A stretch of DNA of 39,906 nucleotides from Octopus bimaculoides (GCF_001194135.2 NC_068981.1:30051800-30091705), one strand, 5' to 3'. Counted from the stretch's first letter, positions 25,912-38,047 are shown. The notes: generated by a model not told the origin, from the sequence alone. Made by a program: numbers and translations.

Positions 25912-26128
25912 CATTTATGCATGTATGTATGCTTACATGTATGCATGTATGTATGTATGTATGTAATCACGACTGCTTCAACAAAATTTTTGTCTACTCA
26001 CAAGGCATTGGACAGGCCTGAGGCTTATAGATGAAGACACTCGTTCAAGATGCTTCACAGTGGGACTGAACCCAAAACCATGCGGCTGTAACGCGAGCTT
26101 CTTAACCACACAGCTCTGCCTCCGCCTA
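25563..26128 (-). mobile_element. Family-C SINE (25968-26128) + (TA)n/(ATGT)n + family-D pieces (25563-25740, 25775-25830)
   Basis: caaggcattgg..ggcctgaggct.atag..gaagacact...cagtgggactgaacc, then tttcagtcatt.gactg..gccatgctgg.gcac. Confidence 0.75.
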
Positions 26129-26139
26129 CGTAAAATATA

Positions 26140-27790
26140 TTCAGTGTCTTAGATTATGGAGAAAGATGTTTTTTGATTATCAATCTGTGATCGATTTTCG
26201 CTTCTTTTTCTAATCTTTTCGATAACTGTTCGTTTTACCAATAGTTGTTTGCTACCTCTATATACATATTTTTTTTTCTGACACTCTGTTTTGCTCCTCT
26301 TATAAAATATTCTTATTTTCTAGCTGAGCAGTCAATTTGTCAAAGTGTACAAAAACCACTTTTTTATATATATATAGTTAATAAACATTATTGCTCTCTG
26401 GTTTGTGGCGGGGGTTCCTTAATATTATTTGGATGTTTGGTATCCAGTCATCAGTTCGGTGTTGATTCTAGTCTTTGTAATAACTCATTGAATGCTGTTG
26501 CTACAGATCCTTGAATACTGCTGAAGTACTTTCACCAGAAGTTAGGATTATTATCAACCCTGGAACCTTTCGACTACCAGCGGCCTTGATTTCGCTAGTA
26601 AATTCCCTGCTCATAATCCTGGGTGATGCTCACGGTGTTATTATACATTTTTCTTCCTTCTTGCAATCTATTGAGTATCGTTACTGCAGTGAACATTATT
26701 GTTCCATATGTTCTCCCAGTGTAATTGGATTTCTTTTGATGTTAACGTATCTTCCAATATTCTATTTTTTATTTTTATATTTTACTGATGTCCCAGGAGA
26801 ATGTTCAAGTTTTTTTTATATTTTGTCTTCTGTTTGTTTCTGTTTTGTTTTTCTTTTCTTATTGTTTTTTTTTTTTTTGTTTTTTGAAGTACATGATTCT
26901 GATTGAAGAAGCTGCTCTCACGTATTTCAAAGCGTCTTAACCGGAAAGTTTTTGCCAGAAGCAGGTGTTTTGATCTTTCTTTCACTTCCAGAATCTCTTT
27001 TCCTTTTCTTGAGATTGATTTTTATTAATACTGGATTCGTTTGTTCTTTTGGGATTTTTTTATCGTTTCCTCTTAGATCCCTTTCTATTTCTATGAATAA
27101 GGACAGGTCATTTCTCATTCGGTCAATTTTGAATAATATATTTTTCTTTCCACTGTTTTATGAGGGGTTTGGGTGAGAGTTGACTTATCCGGTTTCCCTC
27201 CACACTGCTACGACCACCAGTAAAATTTGGTTGTTTAACCTATTGTTTTTTGGGGTTTGCTTTTGTGGAGAGAAAAAAAAAATGATGAGCGTATTGTATT
27301 TGGCTATTATTTCCTGGATATGTTTGTTTATTCGAAGCTTCGAGAGGTATTTTATTGATTGTATTTATTGATTTTGCTATGTTTAATTATATTTTCTTTG
27401 TTGTTCTAAAAGATTTTTTTTTCTCATTGTTGACTCTGCTTATTCTGTTATGATGTGAGTTTAAATTCTTTTTATTATTATGTGTGGAGCGAAAATATAT
27501 TTTTGTTGGGGTTGGATATTTGCCAAGTTGTTTTCATGGGTCTTGTGTGTTTTCGTCCTTCCTTAGCTTTTTTGTATGTCTGTTTACATTTCGTGGTGGT
27601 TACTTGTTATCGTCATGTGTGGTCGGATCTGTTGTGTTATCTTCATTATGATTTGATGGCTCATCTGCTATACGCGATTTTTTTTATTTTTGTATTATGT
27701 TTGTTTTGTGGTCTCCTCTACTTTGTGTGTAATAAATCTTGTAGTGATTTCATTGGTTTTTGTGAGATTGTGATTTTTAGATGAGCTCTG
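26140..27790 (-). mobile_element. Decayed R4-like non-LTR retrotransposon, N-terminal region and start of RT
   Basis: Broken frames give RRFEIRESSF, SKEIQLHWENIWNNNV, ATAFNELL, EEQ and GSKQLLVKRTVIEKIRK, which match the R4-type pre-RT and early RT motifs. Confidence 0.75.
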
Positions 27791-28441
27791 TTCGCTTATT
27801 TTATTTTCAGTATGTATTCTTTGTGTATGAGTTATTCTTTAATCGATAGCTAAGAATTTTTAATTATTTTTTTATAAATCTCTGTACATTCGCTAATGTG
27901 TTTGAATCTACTTTCTACTTCACATCTATATGCTTTTTCTTCTCGTATTCTCCCAGATCTCTCATATGAGTAGTATGTGTTGGCTGTAGTATGGCTGTGT
28001 ACAATGTATTGAATATTGTATAGCTATGTACAAAGAGTGTAACTCTCCTCGGCGATACTTTTGATTTATGTCCTATTGTTATATGTCGATAGACATTAAC
28101 GAGAGTTAACATTCCTATGCTTGTGTCACAAGTGATTCGCATCATGTAGGTATTACACTCGCGATATAGCATTCTTTCTAAATCCTAAGACAGCGGATGA
28201 TATTTTTATATTTCATTGTATTATTGACCAAACTTTCTGTGTTAAATATCGTTGGTTTTCTTCAGTGCTGGTTCAATGTAAAATTTTTTGTTTGTGTCTC
28301 ATTTTTTTCTATTTTATTGTGATTGCGCATTGTTATTTGTTAGTGAAACCAGTATTATTATAATCAAGAAAAGAAAGATGCAAACTAAATATTAGCTGTA
28401 TTTACTGAATGTCCAAATAACATCGCTAATTACTTGATTTA

Positions 28442-28479
<38 letters not shown>

Positions 28480-28639
28480 TGATTGTCTTTGCACTGCTTC
28501 TCACGCTGGAGATGTACTACGGTGTCAGCTGTATTATTTTTTCGAGCATCGTTTATGCGTTCGAAAGCTGTAGATATGTAAGTTCCGTAACTTATTTTGA
28601 GGGAAATTCAAAATACTCACAGGAAACTGTAGATATTCC

Positions 28640-28760
28640 AATCTTTTAGAGTTATTTTTCAGTTGTCCTGCTGGGTTGAATTAGTGTTTCTGTGTCTTCA
28701 GCTGCTGACAAATCAGAGCAGCGAAGAACACGTCCAACCGCTGTCACGTCCAGGCATCTA
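28640..28760 (-). mobile_element. Repeat end abutting (TAA)n, possibly the 5' end of the adjacent R4-like element
   Basis: agatgcctggacgtgacagcggttggacg directly follows a (TAA)n tract on the minus strand. The link to 26140-27790 is inferred. Confidence 0.4.
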
Positions 28761-28766
28761 TTATTA

Positions 28767-28816
<50 letters not shown>

Positions 28817-29378
28817 GAGTGAGAGATCAGTGCATGCCATCAAAGTGACACTGGAGTAAAATATACGAAGCCCAGTATACCTATTATGACTACCCGTCTG
28901 ATAAGGGTACACTAGGCACATGCATCATAACCATATGTGCGCAACATAGTGGTCTCATATCAAGATAAACAACGCATGACCTTGCAAGTGGGACCCAGTT
29001 AGAATTTTCTTCAGTCAGGTCGAGTAGCCCATCCCGCTCAAAAGGTCCTTGAATAAAGGTTGTTGGAGGATGTCGAACGAAATACCCATGTTTCCAAAGG
29101 TGAATTATCCAAACCCCAAAGAATTCCTCACAACACATGATTATGATGCTCCCCCACTACTTCTGCTCGTGATCAGAGATGCACATATCGTCAGCCATCA
29201 AGGGACATGCTCTACTGGTTAAGGTCAAACAACTGACAAGCAAATCTGTGGTATCGAGCAGAATATTTGTTGTATCCCATCTTTTTTATACCAAGACAAA
29301 GCAGTGTACATGATACCACTTCCAATCAATTAAGATCAGAAGCCATGAGAGCCACTGCCTAGTACTGCATCCGGGCAT
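28817..29378. mobile_element. About 560-bp non-coding interspersed element flanked by (TTA)n on both sides
   Basis: Second copy at 2492-2921. (TTA)n lies at 28760-28816 and 29379-29400. No recognisable ORF. Confidence 0.85.
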
Positions 29379-30129
29379 TTATTATTATTATTATTATTAT
29401 TTCTAACATGCTTACCGAAATGCCATTAACGTACCAGCGCTTCACTTCTTGTGGGTTAAGGCGGTATGTTCTTTTCAAATATCGAATACTTTACAGAGAC
29501 TCTCTGCACTACCACGTAGCTCTGTTTTCTGGATGTACTCTATTTTTTACTTTTACGTCTATCTTTCCGAACAACTTTTTAATTTCTTTGCTCACTGTGT
29601 CTCAGATACCAGTAATTATTAGTACACTATACACCTTTTTCACTGACCATAGCTTTTGGATTTCTCTCTTCAGAACTTCATACCTTCTTTTTCAGCGACT
29701 CTGCTGTCCTCAAAATTAATAAAGCATCAGATAAAGTGTTTTGTGATATTTAGTTACATCTCTTTGGTTTTCACTTTTCCAAGATCGATCAAACAAGTGC
29801 CTTTAGTATACTGAGAACCGACTGATACAACTATCGCCCCTCAGCCTAACATTATGTAGCATATGCCAATGTAAGAAGTTGTTATTGTTGTTGGTTTATT
29901 ATGTACTTTATTCCTTCCACTTCTTTCTTTTGACAGTTCATACCTTAGCGAAAGACCACAGATTTGTAGAAGTTAAATGCGATCGACGAAGTGACCGGTT
30001 ATTGACCTTATTGTTCTACCACTAACACACTACCGAAAGTCAAATTTAACTCGATAAAACTTGAACTCGTAAAAAGTTAGAGGAGGGCAAGAGAGAAAGA
30101 GAGAGAGAGAACCAGAGATAGAAAGGAAT

Positions 30130-30329
30130 TTTTCTAATACAAGCACAAAGCCAGCGATTTTTGGGGGAGGGGGCCAGTCGATTACACCGACTCCAGTATC
30201 TTAACGACTCTGAAAAAACGAAAAGCAAAGTCGACCTTGAAAACATTTGAACTAAGAATGTAAGGCCGGAAGAAAGGCTGCTACGCATTTTTGTCCGACA
30301 TGGTAATGATTCAGCTAACTCGCCGCCTT
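30130..30329 (-). mobile_element. Family-B SINE, degraded
   Basis: gggggagggggccagtcgattac...aaagcaaagtcgacctt...tttgaact.agaa.gtaa...ctcgccgcctt. Confidence 0.8.
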
Positions 30330-32211
30330 CCAGAGTAAAAAAAAAGGGAATTAAGCATTGAAATACACTTAGTTCGGTGCTTTACCATTTATACTTTGAC
30401 ACTACCTATGTTACTCCAAATACTGTTGCTGACATTAATTCTAGATATATTTTCTTCATTCAGAACTTAAATAAAATATAAAATGTAATGAAACATATAT
30501 TAAAAAAATTTTTTTTAAGAATGAATAAACATATGTAAAATAAATTTTAAAAATTAATACAAATAAATATATCTAAAATAAATATCAAATTTTAAAAAAT
30601 AATAAATGTAAAATAAATGACAAGTTTGTGTTTGTTATTTCAGATGTCTTTTGCGTATTTAATCAATAGATTTCTCACAGAAGTAATTAATCACTGCTTG
30701 CCAAGTATGTTTTGTATTCATGTATTATGGATTAATCTCTACTGGGAATGCTCTGCCACATGCCTCGACATACGTCGCAAGTTCTTTATTTCTTCTCACG
30801 CATCTATGTATAAAGTACATACACACATCCATCCGCGTACATACACAGCTACATATGTAAGTTTGTTGCTGTAGGTCTTTTTTTTTTAAGTGTGAATGGA
30901 TCCTCGTCAGCTTCGACAATGATCATTTTTGTTTTTTGATCAGTTGAACAACATATTCGTTGAATTAGCGTGATACTGGCTGAGTATTCCGCACTTGCAT
31001 ACATATTTCTTGTAATCCTCGTGCAGAATCAGCACAACATAACGTTTGACGATGCTGCCACATTGAATTTCATCTACGCAGTTCAAACAAAGGACATGTT
31101 CACAGTTTGTGTTTAGTCCATTATACTCACAATGGTTTGGCCGACTCGAGTCTGTGATATGAAAAAAAGAAATGGGATCAAGATGTTACGCGATGTGATT
31201 GAACCCAGGACCTAGCGATTACAAATATAACTTCTTAATCACTAGCCCATGCCTACATTTATCATACCTACATTAACAACGTCATAACCCCGACTCCACC
31301 CTCACCAAGGTGCTAATCTCTCGCGAGATTAACAATCTTTACGAAGTGAACTACGGCATAACCACACAACCGCTCATTATTAACGTAAAGCAAAATTATT
31401 AACCATTCGTCAGACTTTCCACGACATTAATAAAGAAGCAAAAAGCATAGGTGTTTGTCTTAAAATTTATGGCAAACTAGAGACACTTAGCAGAACCTAA
31501 GGCGTTTATCACGATCAAAGATCATTAAAAAAAAATGCATTCGCTTCTAATCCTAATCCGATTTGTGAACAAAGAGTATATTAAGGTTAATGACAACATT
31601 AGGATAGCTACTAGCCTCAGCCAATGGTATAATAGTTCGATACTGACAAATTTACCCAATTTGATAAAAAAACTTTTATCCATCGATCTTTACAGCATTA
31701 TTACGTGAAACAATAAATTCTGTTAAAAGAAATTACAGCCATACGTGACAATGATATAAGAGTTACAATGATCACTAGGAAGCCCTACTTTCCAATAAGA
31801 ATTCCACCTTGGTGACAAGGGGGTGTTTGTTTGATGTAAGTCATGGATTATTCGATGCGTATATGCGATATTATAAAATTATATTCCTTAGATACTTAAA
31901 TAAGAAACTCATCTATATTGAATGTGGCTCACAAAAGAGATGGTAAGGTAGCGTTCATTAAAAATGTCAATGCTTATGCACTAGACACACTAAAGAAAGA
32001 TATAACAACAAACATTATTTTAGGGGAAAAGATCACAAGAAAAAAAATGTCTCAACATAAGAAAAAAATATAAACCTACAGTCGGTTCCCTCCTCTCCCC
32101 ACAAATTATTCACCCTCTCTCCTCGCATAGTAATCACTCTTTCTCTTACTCCATAAGCAGCTATAAGCAGCAGCAGCGATTTCTAGTCAAATAACCGCAT
32201 TAGTATAATTA

Positions 32212-32361
32212 CTGTCTTTTAACGTGAATAAAGAACCCTCTAATTTGGGAGGCTTAAAATTTGGAGAAAAAAATTTGTAAGGTATTACAGTAATATCCAT
32301 GTATAAGAAACTCCCGTATTTTTTAACAAAAAAAGGGTTCCTTATACACGTTAAAATACGG
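32212..32361. mobile_element. MITE with about 27-bp terminal inverted repeats (Tc1/pogo-like)
   Basis: Left ctgtcttttaacgtgaataaagaaccc matches the reverse complement of the right end (ccgtattttaacgtgtataaggaaccc). TA flanks the left end; the right flank is CA. Confidence 0.7.
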
Positions 32362-32639
32362 CAGTTCCTTGTATATCACCCTAGATTTAAACACAAGCTG
32401 ATATAAACCACATAAAAATCTAACGAAAATATATTTTATATAAACTCAGGTGTATGCCACTCACTTGTGTTTAGCAGAAAGATTTCAAATCTTCCTCTAG
32501 TAAAGGGATTCTTTAAAAAGGCAACCTCTTATTACAAAGACGCATTAGAAGTGATCGGAGGCAGAGAGATCTAAGTACATCACCAACTTTGCTCCTACCG
32601 AAAAAGGGTCGTATTATTACCCATATCTCGAAGACAACG

Positions 32640-32770
32640 AACGGCCAGAGTTGTTAACAGTCCAGCAAAATGCTTAGCGGTATTCTGTCCGCTCTTTACG
32701 TGTTGAGTTCAAAATCTACCGAGATCGACTTTGTCTTTCATCCTTCCTGGGTCGATAAAATAAGTACCAG
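32640..32770 (+). mobile_element. Family-B SINE, 3'-truncated
   Basis: caaaatgcttagcggtatt...gagttcaaaatc.accgagatcgacttt...gtcgataaaataagtaccag. Confidence 0.85.
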
Positions 32771-34886
32771 ATGGGCACATGGAAGATTCAGTCAGAATGG
32801 ATCTTCCATGTGTTAATATTTACTTCTTTGCGACAATGTAAGCTTTCATTTAATCAAGATATCCTTGAGTTGATGAGTATACACCTCGATTGGATATTTA
32901 CCATTTCAGAGGTTCCGCTATGTATACATTTACATAGACATATATATGAATGTGTGAGTGTGTATATGTGAATGTACATAAAAGAACCTATTCAATAAAC
33001 TAAATGATAAGCCATGTACTGTGGCCGGTAAGTTCAAGACGGATCCTGCAATGCAAAAGCCATCATTTAAAAAGGTTAACTCAACAGATTTGACCCACAG
33101 CACTGCCCTCAAACGATGTATTGGTGTGACAGTAAATATATTCAAAAATATATTCTTCCACGAATATTGACAAACGAAACACGGGACTGGCGAGTTACGT
33201 TTTGGTAATTAAAAGAAAAAAAGTGGCAAGCTGTTATATCAAAGGAACAATCATGGAACGAACAAGGACTTATAAAAATAGCAACAGCGCATGTAATTTA
33301 TACACTACTATGGAATAGATGGTATCAAAAAAAATTGTTGAAGCCAAGGTGATATTTAAATTCCAAGTCTGTAAGTATAGATACACGTATTAAGTTCGTC
33401 TTATATCATAGAACATGGCTTCGCTGAATTCAATATTGTGTTTATGTAAGTGTGAGTAGTTGAGAGCACTGTTACAAAGATTTTAAATATATGCATGTCG
33501 TCATGTGGTAGACTCCCGACCTTACAAACTTTTGCNNNNNNNNNNNNNNNNNNNNNNNNNNNNNNNNNNNNNNNNNNNNNNNNNNNNNNNNNNNNNNNNN
33601 NNNNNNNNNNNNNNNNNNNNNNNNNNNNNNNNNNNNNNNNNNNNNNNNNNNNNNNNNNNNNNNNNNNNNNNNNNNNNNNNNNNNNNNNNNNNNNNNNNNN
33701 NNNNNNNNNNNNNNNNNNNNNNNNNNNNNNNNNNNNNNNNNNNNNNNNNNNNNNNNNNNNNNNNNNNNNNNNNNACACAATTTATCCTTTATTTCCTTTT
33801 AATTGTTAATGAAAAAAAAATTAACTCAACAGATTTTCCAAGGTTGCTCTAAATACACGAAACAGAAGTTTACAAAAACTTGCTGTGCTAAAAGACGCAT
33901 CACTTTACAGACGTTTACATGTCACCCAATTTCTCTTGATAGATGGTTGAACTTAAAACCAGCCGTTTTGAAACCTATGATTAAAATGGATTGGCAAGGC
34001 TATTATAAATATGTGTGGGTGTATGTAGATAGATAGATAGATAGATAGATGTGCTTATGGCTAGTAGCCAACATTCTCTATTCTACCATCTGTGTGTATT
34101 CTTTTTGCTGGTATCATTTATTGGTCTGTAATGTTACTGGGGTACCGCCTTTAATTGTAATGCAACGTCGTGCGTAATATTTGGCGGATGAAAAAATGTT
34201 ATGCTCATTGCTACATTGCATTTCCTGTTGGGTTGTAAGTTCATCCGAAATATAACAGAAGAATAGCAAGCAGCTGCTTCAGTCTGTCCGCTTCGCTACA
34301 CATATCGTTTATGCTCTGAGGAATGACATGGAATAACTATACTCCTATGAAATCTGAACTGATTTAATATCTTTGCCTAAGATAACGATGTCAGCATTTT
34401 TGCACTATATAATAGGGGGATCTACATAGTTTTCAGTTTCAAAGGATACTGCCAGCTCCAATAAAACTGATAGAATCTTCCGGATGTATATTACCAAATA
34501 TTCCACCATTATTCGTTCCCGGATGTATAATGTTTTGGGAAGCGAGTATTTGGTGATTTCGTATGAGGGCAAAACCGGTAACGGCAAAATTCCGAGTAGA
34601 ATAGCTAGAATAGTCCGTGGCATAGAAATGATACGATCCAGGTGCAACTTTGCAGAGTTATGTCTATCCGGGGTCGAAAGACTCGAAGGAGGAGCACTTA
34701 AAGTAGTAGAGAAGGTTACTGGAGGTAGAGATTTAGTGATGTAGAACGCTTAATTTTCGCAGCCAGTGATGGTGGTGCTTAAGAATGGGCATATGTAATA
34801 ACGTGGAAAGGAATATAGTTGGGTCCGACTGAAGACATACACATGCGCACACACACACAAATATATGTGTGTGTGTGTATATATAT

Positions 34887-35057
34887 ATTGTTGTTGTTGT
34901 CACTCCGTCGCTTACGACGACGAGGGTTCCAGTTGATCCGATCAACGGAACAGCCTGCTAGTGAAATTAACGTGCAAGTGGCTGAGCACTCCACACACAC
35001 GTGTACTCTAAACGTAGTTCTCGGGGATATTCAGCGTGACACAGAGTGACAAGGCTG
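34887..35057 (-). mobile_element. Short interspersed element with (CAA)n tail, abutting the mariner remnant
   Basis: caaagggccagccttgtcac...gagtgctcagccacttgcacgttaatttcac...gaaccctcgtcgtcg...gacaacaacaac. Recognised from memory as a common octopod repeat. Confidence 0.7.
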
Positions 35058-35733
35058 GCCCTTTGTGGCCGTCGGTGTTCAGCCTGAGGCTCTCAGAGCA
35101 GAAGTGTGATGGTATGACATCACCTTTACTGCTCCCGACACTGAAGACCATGGTTATTGCTGGAAACTTCGTCTGCCTGACTCTGGACACGTAATTGACT
35201 GAGACAGCAAACCACCTGCTGTTCTGAGAGTTGATCTTCAGGTCATGGCAGAAATTCTTCTTGTTAGAGAAGAACCACTACATGTCTGGCTCGAGCGGGT
35301 GTTTCAAGTTGTTGATCAGCTTCTTTGTGTGCTTGAGTCGCTTTCCCTATATCACCATAGACAGAAATTCTCCTTTCCTCATGTTGTATGAAAGGTAGCG
35401 AATGTCCATATGCACCACCAGTTTGATGAGCTTTTCACTCACACCTTTTACCCGGGCAATGGCGCGCATTGACTTACTGGGATCATTGTTAACCATCTGG
35501 ATTTCAGCAACGAATTCCGGCGTTCATATGACGTCAGTTCACTGACCATGTGTTTTCCTTTCTGCTGTCGCCTCGTAGACAAATCCTGGATCTTCCAGCT
35601 CTTTTCTAATCTTTTCCACCAACTTTTCGCTAACGTTGAGTAAGTCTGAAATCTCCATGTTTGTCCTTCTGGCGTGGATTCCATGGGGGACTCCACGCCT
35701 CTTCCACAAATTGGGGAGTTAAAAGTTTTCCAT
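35058..35733 (-). pseudogene. Tc1/mariner (DD37D/maT-like) transposase remnant
   Basis: TPEFVAEIQ..NNDPSKSMRAIAR..GVSEKLIK..V..DIRYLSY..RKG, then WFF(fs)NKKNF...NSQNSRW...RQTKFPA.TMVF...SSKGDV.P..F...LRLN. It has multiple stops and ends before the second and third catalytic Asp. Confidence 0.85.
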
Positions 35734-35859
35734 TGACAATTATTCTGCAAAGAAAGAAACAATTTAAAAAATAAAGCAAAAATAATTATTGTTTTTAAGA
35801 AGAAAAAAAGCCAAAAACAAAAGTAAAAAAAAAAATTGCACAGAATTAGCAGTTGAAAA

Positions 35860-36015
35860 TTGCGAACGGCAGCGTTTGGCTATGCTGGGGCACTACTTGA
35901 ATTCGCCCCAAGTACTTTTTCTTCAGCTTGTTACTTTCTTTATCAGACTGTGTTGCCGAACCGGTAAGTTACAGGCGTAAACAAAGCAACATCGGTTGGT
36001 GAGGGACAAAAACAT
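35860..36015 (-). mobile_element. Family-D module
   Basis: ttgccgaacc.gtaagtta...cgtaaaca.agcaacatcggtt is the reverse of the D module at 18360-18420. Confidence 0.7.
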
Positions 36016-36046
36016 ACACGCACGCACACACACACACACATACACA

Positions 36047-36092
<46 letters not shown>

Positions 36093-37006
36093 NNNNNNNN
36101 NNNNNNNNNNNNNNNNNNNNNNNNNNNNNNNNNNNNNNNNNNNNNNNNNNNNNNNNNNNNNNNNNNNNNNNNNNNNNNNNNNNNNNNNNNNNNNNNNNNN
36201 NNNNNNNNNNNNNNNNNNNNNNNNNNNNNNNNNNNNNNNNNNNNNNNNNNNNNNNNNNNNNNNNNNNNNNNNNNNNNNNNNNNNNNNNNNNNNNNNNNNN
36301 NNNNNNNNNNNNNNNNNNNNNNNNNNNNNNNNNNNNNNNNNNNNNNNNNNNNNNNNNNNNNNNNNNNNNNNNNNNNNNNNNNNNNNNNNNNNNNNNNNNN
36401 NNNNNNNNNNNNNNNNNNNNNNNNNNNNNNNNNNNNNNNNNNNNNNNNNNNNNNNNNNNNNNNNNNNNNNNNNNNNNNNNNNNNNNNNNNNNNNNNNNNN
36501 NNNNNNNNNNNNNNNNNNNNNNNNNNNNNNNNNNNNNNNNNNNNNNNNNNNNNNNNNNNNNNNNNNNNNNNNNNNNNNNNNNNNNNNNNNNNNNNNNNNN
36601 NNNNNNNNNNNNNNNNNNNNNNNNNNNNNNNNNNNNNNNNNNNNNNNNNNNNNNNNNNNNNNNNNNNNNNNNNNNNNNNNNNNNNNNNNNNNNNNNNNNN
36701 NNNNNNNNNNNNNNNNNNNNNNNNNNNNNNNNNNNNNNNNNNNNNNNNNNNNNNNNNNNNNNNNNNNNNNNNNNNNNNNNNNNNNNNNNNNNNNNNNNNN
36801 NNNNNNNNNNNNNNNNNNNNNNNNNNNNNNNNNNNNNNNNNNNNNNNNNNNNNNNNNNNNNNNNNNNNNNNNNNNNNNNNNNNNNNNNNNNNNNNNNNNN
36901 NNNNNNNNNNNNNNNNNNNNNNNNNNNNNNNNNNNNNNNNNNNNNNNNNNNNNNNNNNNNNNNNNNNNNNNNNNNNNNNNNNNNNNNNNNNNNNNNNNNN
37001 NNNNNN

Positions 37007-37043
<37 letters not shown>

Positions 37044-37568
37044 CACGCGTGTGCAAACACACACACATATATATATGAGAGTATTTTTTTATATTATTTC
37101 AACATACACGCACACAAATCTGTTTTCGCGCTTTGTCTGTATCAACTACTCCCGCCAACTCCCTCTCTAGCCTTGTTTTTATTTGAAACCCTCAGTGTCT
37201 CATCATGACTCCCACACATTTCCCACCCCTTTTTTCCGCCATCATTCTTTCTCCACCCCATAGCCTCCACCGTCTTGCACTCCCCTCCAACCCCCTCTTT
37301 CTCTCTATTACTCTTTAGCTCTACATCGGTAGTTAATTGTTGCTTCGCGTGTTTATTGACAATCTGTCGATTTGTTTATCTTGAGCTTTAAAGAATGCGA
37401 ACAATCTCGATCCACAGCTAGTTGTTGTGTCCACAGACGAGCATTACATAAACAAACAGAAAGATCGATCGCTGATGATCTGTTCAAACACATACACACG
37501 CATACACATACTTTCCTACACATAAGGTCACACACAGGCACATACGCACATATGTGTCTGTCTATAAG

Positions 37569-37635
<67 letters not shown>

Positions 37636-37659
37636 GTACACACACACACATACACACAC

Positions 37660-37950
37660 ATACTGGTGCAGTTGTGACTGTGTCATAAGAAGTTTGCTTT
37701 GCAACCACATGGTTCCAAGTTCAGTCCCACTGCGAGGCACTTCAGGCAGGTGTCTTCTACTATAGCCTTCCAAAGCCTTGTAAGTGGATTTGGTTGACGG
37801 AAACTAAAAGAAGCCCGTTGTATACTCCAGGGCAGCTTTTGAGTTTTTTTTTAATAAGTACTGGGGCCGATTCGTTTGCCTAAAATGTTTCAAGGCGGTG
37901 CTCTAGCATGGCCGCAGTCTAATGATTGACACAATTAAAACAATGTACAT
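37660..37950 (+). mobile_element. Family-C SINE joined to a family-D 3' part
   Basis: aaccacatggttccaagttcagtcccactgcg...aagcccgttg, then aataagtactggggccgattcg...ggcggtgctctagcatggccgcagtc. Confidence 0.85.
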
Positions 37951-38047
37951 GTATGTGAACACATAAGAGCTTTCGTCTCACCGAATGTGTAAACAGGTGA
38001 ACAAGTGTATGTGCATATACACATAGCCAGTTATACAGATATACATC

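Noticed and set aside
28700-29378. HDV-like ribozyme at the ATGCC-starting repeat ends
   Set aside because: I could not build consistent P1/P3 pairings by eye.
29410-29490. Minus-strand exon IRYLKRTYRLNPQEVKRWYVNGIS with G|GTAAGC donor
   Set aside because: Acceptor lacks a pyrimidine tract and the peptide matches no family I recognise.
35900-35975. Plus-strand exon with ttcttcag acceptor and CCG|GTAAGT donor
   Set aside because: It lies inside the antisense family-D repeat; the donor comes from a single change in that repeat motif.
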